From Escherichia coli (GTDB taxonomy: Bacteria; Pseudomonadota; Gammaproteobacteria; Enterobacterales; Enterobacteriaceae): a DNA stretch of 64,000 bases. Positions 40,070 through 46,679 of this stretch are shown here, piece after piece. Under the pieces are notes generated by a model, which was not told the DNA's origin, made no database searches, and saw nothing but the letters and a program-made list of their open reading frames with translations. The DNA is taken from NCBI RefSeq assembly GCF_011045215.1, contig NZ_CP049201.1, one strand, 5' to 3'. Position numbers and translations under genes: made by a program. How positions within the stretch are numbered: the first letter of the stretch is position 1; every line of letters begins with the position of its first letter.

Positions 40070-41288
40070 TATTTGGCATTAATTTAAATAAAATACCGAT
40101 GATGCCTATGAATGTAGGCATCCATGCTAGTGATAATAAACTGTCAAGCACCTTATGACAAAAATCCTCATTGTCATTTAATTTTTTAATAGCCTCTTCT
40201 AAGCTCTCTTTAAGATCGCTGGTGTCATCCTTTATTCTATATCTTAATTGTCCAAAAAGTATTTCTTTAGAGTGTGAAATACGAGCAAGTTGTTTTTTTT
40301 GTGACACAATCATTGCAGATGTTATTATTGCTGTGATAATCAATCCAATTAAAGCAATAATCCAATCAGCTTTTGTTGTTAATTTGAAAATAGCAATTGA
40401 ACCAGCTAGTGAAATAGGTATTGCAAGAGCTTTGTTAGAAATTTCTGAAATTATTTTTGACAGTTTTTCTGAGTAATCGAGTTCAGCATCAACAACTTCT
40501 TTCCTTGCTTTATGAAAAGAAAATGCCGATATATAAGCAGCTAAGTTGTTCGTATAAAGTTCGCATATGAAATCCCACTTGTTAATTAACTCGACAAAGG
40601 AATTTCCATTTTTATTAACATACTCAATAACTGTGTTTCTGAAAGTGTTAATCTTTTCAATGTGATGGGCATCAGTAGTAGCTTCACTACTTACTAATGT
40701 TTTAACTAACTGAGTATTTACTGTTTTATCATTAAAAATTTCTTCTGTAATATTTGTTTCAATTACAGCAGAAGAAGATTTAGACTCTGAGTTTAAAATA
40801 AAGACTAAACGATAAAATGTACCTTTGCTATCTTTTTTTATATCATGGAAATGAGCAAGCATGGAAAGAGCATTGATTAGCTCACAAATGTCCTCAATTT
40901 TTTGGATATAAGAAGGTTTTGGTGTTTCTAATGAATAGAAATCATCCTCTATAATATAGAAATACTCTGGCATTATGCCTTTCTTGAGCGTGTTTATTTT
41001 TACAAACTCGTTTTTATTTTTATAAAAACGATTCGCACTTCCTTGTGAAATTTTAAACGAGTATGTAAGAAAATTTCCCTTTTCAGGAAAGTCTTCATAA
41101 TCATAAATTAAATGACCATCCACCTCTATTTCGTCAGCTGTACCAGCTTGAAAAGTAGGGTTCAAAATTCTTTTGAACAATGATTTTACGTCTGCATTAT
41201 AAGCTATACGCGCAGAAAACTTAGCCCCGTCAAAATGAGGATAGCTTGATAATCTATACAGATTAACTATTATACTAAAATCATTCAT
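40062..41288 (-). CDS. Hypothetical 408-aa protein: unknown ~285-aa N-terminal domain plus three predicted C-terminal TM segments (candidate effector)
   Basis: AT-rich ORF whose ATG overlaps the upstream stop as ATGA. Hydrophobic segments are ALAIPISLAGSIAIFKL, WIIALIGLIITAIITSAMIV and LLSLAWMPTFIGIIGILFKL. The stop overlaps the Q stop by 8 nt. Confidence 0.75.
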   Translation of the reverse strand: MNDFSIIVNLYRLSSYPHFDGAKFSARIAYNADVKSLFKRILNPTFQAGTADEIEVDGHLIYDYEDFPEKGNFLTYSFKISQGSANRFYKNKNEFVKINTLKKGIMPEYFYIIEDDFYSLETPKPSYIQKIEDICELINALSMLAHFHDIKKDSKGTFYRLVFILNSESKSSSAVIETNITEEIFNDKTVNTQLVKTLVSSEATTDAHHIEKINTFRNTVIEYVNKNGNSFVELINKWDFICELYTNNLAAYISAFSFHKARKEVVDAELDYSEKLSKIISEISNKALAIPISLAGSIAIFKLTTKADWIIALIGLIITAIITSAMIVSQKKQLARISHSKEILFGQLRYRIKDDTSDLKESLEEAIKKLNDNEDFCHKVLDSLLSLAWMPTFIGIIGILFKLMPNIT

Positions 41289-42451
41289 TCTTTATCTTCT
41301 TCATTACTCGGGTTATCAGTTTCTTTCAACGCTCTTCTTATCTTAGTTAATGCTTCAACAGGCAAATTATTAAATGTTAGGCTTTGGTTTTCGTCATCAT
41401 AATATATTTTAGCATCAGTTGTGACACCGAGTAAATCCTTGTCGAAGTGAAAGCTCAATGATGGGGTTTTATATATCACATTGCGGATTTTATCTAAGGA
41501 GTTTTTATTGATTACGAACTCTGATGGGATTCTGACTTCCTCACTATTGAGGTGTTTCATTAATTTATCAACAAGTTCTGTTTTTTCTTCCTCTTTTAAA
41601 TAGGACATATGGCCTGAAGCAAGCGATTCGATATCAGAAAGCCTTGCAGAGTGCTCGTTGTCAAATTGCTTTTCTAAGTATTTGATAACATCATTTCTAA
41701 ATGACTCTGCTTGATTTTTTAAAAGAGGTTCTTTCTTAAAGAAACGCCTTATTTCATCTGGTAACTTACGGGTTGCGCCTGCTGAAGCAATCCCCTTGTC
41801 ACATCCTAATGCTGCTATAAAATATGCTGCCGCTGACTGTCCCGTAGTTTTGCTTATAAAGCTTAGATAACTTAAGTCTGTTTTTTTTAAATCATCTGCT
41901 TTTTGGTATTCTTCATAATATCTGAAATTTATTTTTGCTGCTTGGTTAATATTACCAAGTTCTAAGTGAATCATTTCCTCTGGCTCTAAATTTTCACTAA
42001 TAGTTACGCCATTAGTTTTTTTGATCATTGTAACCAATAGATAACGGAAACCAGATAAAATATAATCAGTAAAAACAACATATCCTCCAGAAGCCCAAAT
42101 CTGCTCTTGAGCAGATTTATACATTTGTTTCATAACTTCCTTCGATAATTCAATGAAATCATTTGAAACAGATTGTTGAACTAAAGAGTATTTATGAAAT
42201 AGTTCTGGTATAGGGCCTTGTTTTGTTTTATTTTTAATAAAAACACCATAATGCGCTGAGTTCCCTTTTGAACCATACAAATCAATAACACCGTCTACTA
42301 ATTTTTTTACTATATCATTTGTTTTATCTAGTTCTGTATCACGAAGATTGTATGGTTTGGAGTGATCGAAGTCTTTATTAGATTCTTTTAAGAGCTCATG
42401 AACGATTACGTGGCGTATGCTTGCTTTGCTCATTTTTTTGGTCAATTCCAT
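41285..42451 (-). CDS. YejK/NdpA-like nucleoid-associated protein (NA37 family) homolog (candidate sensor)
   Basis: 388 aa (or 382 from ATG 42433). Colinear motifs against remembered E. coli YejK: IRHVIVHEL, YGVF, GGYVVFTDY..FRYLLVTMI, ISENLE, LSYLSFISK, AAYFIAALGC. Confidence 0.7.
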   Translation of the reverse strand: MELTKKMSKASIRHVIVHELLKESNKDFDHSKPYNLRDTELDKTNDIVKKLVDGVIDLYGSKGNSAHYGVFIKNKTKQGPIPELFHKYSLVQQSVSNDFIELSKEVMKQMYKSAQEQIWASGGYVVFTDYILSGFRYLLVTMIKKTNGVTISENLEPEEMIHLELGNINQAAKINFRYYEEYQKADDLKKTDLSYLSFISKTTGQSAAAYFIAALGCDKGIASAGATRKLPDEIRRFFKKEPLLKNQAESFRNDVIKYLEKQFDNEHSARLSDIESLASGHMSYLKEEEKTELVDKLMKHLNSEEVRIPSEFVINKNSLDKIRNVIYKTPSLSFHFDKDLLGVTTDAKIYYDDENQSLTFNNLPVEALTKIRRALKETDNPSNEEDKE

Positions 42452-42475
42452 GCGGTTAAGCTAACAATTGTAAAG

Positions 42476-42504
42476 AGCATAATAAATTACTAACGCGTAC
42501 GCAA
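42476..42504 (-). promoter_or_regulatory. Candidate promoter of the AT-rich cassette
   Basis: Minus-strand TTGCGT (42504-42499)-N17-TATGCT (42481-42476), about 25 nt upstream of ATG 42451. Confidence 0.4.
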
Positions 42505-42514
42505 AAACTATCAT
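42487..42514 (+). promoter_or_regulatory. Candidate late promoter pR' (Q target), overlapping the cassette promoter back to back
   Basis: TTACTA-N16-TATCAT on the + strand. A short leader then ends in a hairpin plus T7, like the lambdoid pR'-tR' unit. Confidence 0.35.
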
Positions 42515-42549
42515 AATCTGTTAAGAGTGGTTACTTCGCCACACAGCTT

Positions 42550-42575
42550 AAACCCGCCGTCGAGCGGTTTTTTTG
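42550..42575 (+). terminator. Candidate tR' terminator
   Basis: aaacccgc-cgtcga-gcggttttttt, with a 4-bp GC core extendable by A:T pairs and seven T residues. Confidence 0.5.
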
Positions 42576-42696
42576 TACCTGTAAAACTGGTGCAGTACAG
42601 TAAACACGCTGGTGGTCGTGAATACTGACTTTTTATCTTGCTGGCTTTTTAGACAAGAGTTATTGGTATGTCATGTTAACCAGAAGGGAAAAAGAC

Positions 42697-42900
42697 ATGC
42701 TAAAACAGCAAGATATGACAGAAACCGCCGCCGCAGTCCTTCATTTCTTACCTGCTGACAAGTGGGTAACGCCACGCATGATGACGAGAACTACCGGAGT
42801 AAGCGAAGCCCGGTGCCAGTTAATACTGACTCAGTTAGTTCTGGCGGGTCTGGCGAAGGATAACGGCGGGTACGGGAATAAATTCAGACGCTGCCAGTAA
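42697..42900 (+). CDS. Hypothetical small protein (possible winged-helix)
   Basis: ATG 42697 has an AAGGGA SD. The track ORF begins at 42673. No motif recognised. Confidence 0.4.
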   Translation: MLKQQDMTETAAAVLHFLPADKWVTPRMMTRTTGVSEARCQLILTQLVLAGLAKDNGGYGNKFRRCQ

Positions 42901-43050
42901 TGGCGGTTTCCTGCTGTGAAAATGGGCGGCTGGTGGGTGTTGGTAGCACCTGCCAGCCATTCGCTCATGCTTACTGGTCACAAGCGAACCACGGCCCACT
43001 GCTTTAGCGCAAAAGCAGAGTGAGCCTACCAGAGTTACGCTTACTGATCC

Positions 43051-44103
43051 ATGAAAAATACTGTAAAAATAAACAGTGTTGATTTAATCAACGCTGATTG
43101 CCTGCATTTTATTCAGTCCTTGCCTGATGATTCCATTGATCTGATTGTTACCGATCCGCCGTACTTCAAAGTGAAGCCCAACGGCTGGGACAATCAGTGG
43201 AAAGGGGACGAAGATTACCTGAAGTGGCTGGACTACTGTCTGGCCCAGTTCTGGCGGGTACTGAAACCAGCCGGAAGCCTTTACCTGTTCTGTGGACATC
43301 GCCTGGCATCTGATATTGAGATCATGATGCGTGAACGTTTCAACGTGCTTAACCATATCATCTGGGCGAAGCCGTCCGGACGTTGGAATGGGTGTAATAA
43401 AGAAAGTCTGCGCGCATATTTTCCTGCCACAGAGCGCGTTCTGTTTGCTGAACATTACCAGGGGCCATATCGCGGCAAAAGTGACGGCTATGCGGCAAAA
43501 GAAAGGGAACTCAAACAGCACATAATGGCACCGCTGATATCGTATTTCAGGGATGCTCGTGCCGAACTGGGTATAACGGCAAAACAAATTGCCGAAGCCA
43601 CAGGTAAGAAAAATATGGTTTCCCACTGGTTTGGTGCCAGTCAGTGGCAGTTGCCGAATGAGGCTGACTATCGGAAGTTACAGGCACTGTTTTCCCGTAT
43701 AGCGGCAGAGAAGTTTCAGGAACAACAACTGGAACAACCACACCACCAGCTGGTGGCATCTTATGATTCACTGAATCGCAAATATTCTGAATTGCTGGAT
43801 GAGTTTAAATCTCTCCGGCGCTATTTCTCCGTATCAGTCTCCGTGCCTTATACCGATGTCTGGATGCATAAACCCGTTCAGTTCTACCCGGGTAAACATC
43901 CGTGTGAGAAACCTGCGGATATGCTCCGGCAAATAATCAATGCCAGTAGTCGACCTGGTGATCTGGTTGCTGATTTTTTTATGGGATCCGGTTCCACAAT
44001 AAAAGCAGCAATGGCGCTGGGGCGTCGGGCCTTAGGTGTTGAGCTTGAGTCAGAGCGGTTTAACCAGACAGTGAAAGAGATATACGAGCTGGTGGGGAAA
44101 TAA
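43051..44103 (+). CDS. Orphan DNA methyltransferase (N6A/N4C, beta-class motif order)
   Basis: LIVTDPPYF (motif IV) is N-terminal and DFFMGSGSTIKAA (motif I, FxGxG) is C-terminal. 350 aa, with no adjacent endonuclease-like ORF. Confidence 0.85.
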   Translation: MKNTVKINSVDLINADCLHFIQSLPDDSIDLIVTDPPYFKVKPNGWDNQWKGDEDYLKWLDYCLAQFWRVLKPAGSLYLFCGHRLASDIEIMMRERFNVLNHIIWAKPSGRWNGCNKESLRAYFPATERVLFAEHYQGPYRGKSDGYAAKERELKQHIMAPLISYFRDARAELGITAKQIAEATGKKNMVSHWFGASQWQLPNEADYRKLQALFSRIAAEKFQEQQLEQPHHQLVASYDSLNRKYSELLDEFKSLRRYFSVSVSVPYTDVWMHKPVQFYPGKHPCEKPADMLRQIINASSRPGDLVADFFMGSGSTIKAAMALGRRALGVELESERFNQTVKEIYELVGK

Positions 44104-44109
44104 TCTGGT

Positions 44110-44134
44110 GGCCACGTAGGTGGCCTTTTTATTT
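44110..44134 (+). terminator. Terminator-like hairpin between the methylase and holin
   Basis: ggccac-gtag-gtggcc followed by tttttattt. Confidence 0.6.
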
Positions 44135-44169
44135 CCATTACACAGCACCCGCATCTGCGAGGTGGGGTT

Positions 44170-44385
44170 ATGAAATCCATGGATAAGTTAACAACGGGTG
44201 TCGCCTATGGCACCTCAGCAGGTAGTGCCGGGTACTGGTTTTTACAGTTGCTCGATAAAGTCACGCCCTCACAGTGGGCGGCAATAGGTGTGCTGGGTAG
44301 TCTGGTATTTGGCTTGCTGACGTATCTGACAAACCTTTATTTCAAGATTAAAGAAGATAAGCGTAAGGCTGCGAGAGGTGAATAA
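44170..44385 (+). CDS. Phage-21-type pinholin S
   Basis: [71 protein letters not shown], near-identical in pattern to remembered S21. Confidence 0.9.
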
Positions 44386-44882
44386 TGTCGCCATCATTAC
44401 GCAAGGCTGTTGCTGCTGCTATTGGTGGTGGGGCTGTTGCCATAGCGTCTGTGCTCATCACTGGTCCGAGTGGTGACGATGGCCTGGAAGGTGTCAGCTA
44501 CATACCATACAAAGATATCGTTGGCGTATGGACTGTATGTCACGGACACACCGGAAAAGACATCATGCTAGGTAAAACGTATACCGAAGCAGAATGCAAA
44601 GCCCTCCTGAATAAAGACCTTGCCACGGTCGCCAGACAAATTAACCCGTACATCAAAGTCGATATACCGGAAACAACGCGCGGCGCTCTTTACTCGTTCG
44701 TCTACAACGTGGGTGCTGGCAATTTCAGAACATCGACGCTTCTTCGCAAAATAAACCAGGGCGATATCAAAGGCGCATGTGACCAGCTACGTCGCTGGAC
44801 ATACGCTGGCGGTAAGCAATGGAAAGGCCTGATGACTCGTCGTGAGATTGAGCGTGAAGTCTGTTTGTGGGGGCAACAATGA
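44385..44882 (+). CDS. SAR endolysin (T4-lysozyme/GH24 type, R21-like)
   Basis: N-terminal signal-anchor-release segment [18 protein letters not shown], a catalytic E (GLEGVSY) region, and [19 protein letters not shown]. Confidence 0.9.
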   Translation: MSPSLRKAVAAAIGGGAVAIASVLITGPSGDDGLEGVSYIPYKDIVGVWTVCHGHTGKDIMLGKTYTEAECKALLNKDLATVARQINPYIKVDIPETTRGALYSFVYNVGAGNFRTSTLLRKINQGDIKGACDQLRRWTYAGGKQWKGLMTRREIEREVCLWGQQ

Positions 44883-45346
44883 GCAGAGTAACCGCGATTA
44901 TCTCCGCTCTGGTTATCTGCATCATCGTCTGCCTGTCGTGGGCGGTCAATCATTACCGTGATAACGCCATCGCCTACAAAGAACAGCGAGATAAAAAAGT
45001 CAGTGAGCTGAAGCAGGCGACCGCCACCATCGCTGACATGCAGCAGCGTCAGCGTGATGTTGCTGCGATCGATGCAAAATACACGAAGGAGTTAGCCGAT
45101 GCGAAAACTGAAAATGAAACTCTGCGCGCTGATGTTGCCGCTGGTCGTAAGCGCCTGCGGGTCAATGCCAGTTGCTCCGCAGCCGTGCGTGAAGCCACCG
45201 GACCCACCAGCATGGATAATGCAACCAGCCCCCGACTGGCAGACACCGCTGAACGGGATTATTTCATCCTCAGAGAACGGTTGATGACGATGCAGAAGCA
45301 ACTGGAAGGGGCGCAGGAATATATCCGCACCCAGCGCATTAAGTAG
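44879..45346 (+). CDS. i-spanin Rz
   Basis: [24 protein letters not shown]-terminal TM segment then a coiled coil. The ATG overlaps the R stop as ATGA. Confidence 0.85.
   Translation: MSRVTAIISALVICIIVCLSWAVNHYRDNAIAYKEQRDKKVSELKQATATIADMQQRQRDVAAIDAKYTKELADAKTENETLRADVAAGRKRLRVNASCSAAVREATGPTSMDNATSPRLADTAERDYFILRERLMTMQKQLEGAQEYIRTQRIK
45099..45284 (+). CDS. o-spanin Rz1 (embedded in Rz, +1 frame)
   Basis: Lipobox LVVSAC and a Pro-rich mature part. Entirely nested in Rz. Confidence 0.8.
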   Translation: MRKLKMKLCALMLPLVVSACGSMPVAPQPCVKPPDPPAWIMQPAPDWQTPLNGIISSSENG

Positions 45347-45367
45347 CTGGAGAAAAAACACGAATCT

Positions 45368-45730
45368 GTGGTTTTTACTGAGCGCGGTGTACACGGTGGA
45401 ACATATGGCGGGAAGTTTGTTGCTTATGATTATGCAGCATGGCTAAACCCCGGATTTAAATATGCAGCCTATAAAGTCCTGGATGACTACTTCACCGGAG
45501 AACTTCAGCATCGCAACAGCTTAAGTGCGCAGCTCAATATGAAGTGTCATGAGTTTGATCAGAAAAAAGATATGGCGAGCTTCTGTGGACAAGGGCTGGC
45601 GGCATGGCGCTATACGAAGCCAGTGTTGGTCGCTGAGATTAACTCCCTGGCTAACCAGCTGCAGATAACGATCCCCGGGCTGTCCGGTATTTGCCGGTAT
45701 GAAATTACCGGAAGGCGCGGTCGTTACTGA
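45368..45730 (+). CDS. KilA-N-like fragment (N-terminally truncated) fused to an unknown C-terminus
   Basis: GTG-start ORF. GTYGGKFVAYDYAAWLNPGFKYAAYKVLDDYF resembles the C-terminal end of KilA-N domains, and the N-terminal part of the domain is missing. Confidence 0.35.
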   Translation: MVFTERGVHGGTYGGKFVAYDYAAWLNPGFKYAAYKVLDDYFTGELQHRNSLSAQLNMKCHEFDQKKDMASFCGQGLAAWRYTKPVLVAEINSLANQLQITIPGLSGICRYEITGRRGRY

Positions 45731-45783
45731 GTAACAGCAGGCATTACAGCAGCCCTTCACTGAGGGGCTGCGATAATGTGAGG

Positions 45784-45824
45784 AATAAAAAACCGGCAGG
45801 GGAAATCCATTGAAGATTTGCCGG
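45784..45824 (-). terminator. Minus-strand intrinsic terminator with no obvious gene
   Basis: On the minus strand, ccggc-aaatc-ttcaatg-gattt-(cccct bulge)-gccgg is followed by ttttttatt. Confidence 0.45.
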
Positions 45825-45997
45825 TGGCAAAAGATGGCCATGCTTTTAACCTTAGTAGCAGAGTTACGGAGTTCAACAACGACCGTCGCCGTTATCTTGC
45901 TGAAAGGCGTTTCAATGATTTTCATCAATTTATTCATCAGCAATGGTGATAATCACTCTCATTTTGGCGGGTCCTTCCGGTGGGGTGGCCTGCCACG

Positions 45998-46009
45998 GGG
46001 CGGGAGCGT
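45998..46009. other. Predicted cosN cohesive-end sequence (GGGCGGGAGCGT)
   Basis: ACG|GGGCGGGAGCGT|CGCGG aligns with lambda ACG|GGGCGGCGACCT|CGCGG. It lies about 187 nt upstream of the small terminase ATG, versus 190 nt in lambda. Confidence 0.6.
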
Positions 46010-46052
46010 CGCGGAAAAAGGCTAGTTTTTGAAATTTCATTCGTCATCACCA

Positions 46053-46090
46053 CCACTGTAATAGATTGATATTACAGTGGTTTTATTTTT
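46053..46090 (+). repeat. Inverted repeat plus T-tract in the cosB-equivalent region
   Basis: ccactgtaat-agattgat-attacagtgg (10-bp perfect) then ttttattttt. Lambda has an analogous large inverted repeat before Nu1. Confidence 0.5.
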
Positions 46091-46184
46091 ATGGTGTCGA
46101 TTTTGATTGTTTTTTTGTTCACCACTAACACCGTTTGCCTAAAGTTGTTCGCAAGATGCATGTTTAAAACATTCTGGAGCGGGT

Positions 46185-46679
46185 ATGGATCGAGAGTTAA
46201 AAAATCTGACGCTGAATATCAGTCAACTGGCGGCACTGTCAGGTGTACATCGCCAGACTGCTGCGGCAAGGCTGCAAAATCTACCCGTTGCAGGGGGGCA
46301 TGAAAGCAACCTCAAGCTTTATCGGGTGGTTGATATTGTGTCGGCATTTCTGGCATTGCCACCGCCGGTTGCAGAAGGCGAAATGGACGCGCATGAGCGC
46401 AAAGCCTGGTATCAGTCTGAACGTGAGCGTCTTAAGTTCGAACAGGAAACGGCACAACTCATTCCGGCCAGTGATGTCAGACGGGAGTTTGCCATCTGGG
46501 CAAAAGCGGTCGTGCAGGTGCTGGAGACATTACCGGATATTCTGGAACGTGACTGCGGTCTGCAGCCTGCCGCTGTGAGCCGTGTTCAGTCCATTATTGA
46601 TGATCTGCGCGATCAGATAGCCCTGCGGGTGACTGAAGCAGGTGCGGATGATGAGGAGGAATTACAGCAGGAGGAGTAA
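46185..46679 (+). CDS. Terminase small subunit (Nu1-like)
   Basis: 164 aa with an N-terminal HTH (LNISQLAALSGVHRQTAAARL) and an acidic C-terminus. Located directly after cos and before the large subunit. Confidence 0.85.
   Translation: MDRELKNLTLNISQLAALSGVHRQTAAARLQNLPVAGGHESNLKLYRVVDIVSAFLALPPPVAEGEMDAHERKAWYQSERERLKFEQETAQLIPASDVRREFAIWAKAVVQVLETLPDILERDCGLQPAAVSRVQSIIDDLRDQIALRVTEAGADDEEELQQEE

Noticed and set aside
42928-42958. 12-bp-stem hairpin with a 7-nt loop TTGGTAG that looks like an anticodon loop (possible tRNA, as found after Q in Stx phages)
   Set aside because: The stem is far too long for an anticodon arm, and no acceptor, D or T arms can be drawn around it. It has no T-run, so it is not a terminator either. 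Function unknown, and possibly just RNA structure in the late leader.
40070-44170. Checked the Q-to-holin interval for Shiga toxin (stxAB) genes or tRNA genes
   Set aside because: No stx-like ORFs or tRNA cloverleafs are present. The slot holds the AT-rich two-gene cassette, a small ORF and a methyltransferase instead.
45521-45943. 140-aa minus-strand ORF between Rz and cos
   Set aside because: It overlaps the + strand KilA-N-like ORF and reads through a minus-strand terminator. Its composition is odd (CCNACC) and I found no SD. It is treated as non-coding; the terminator is reported separately.
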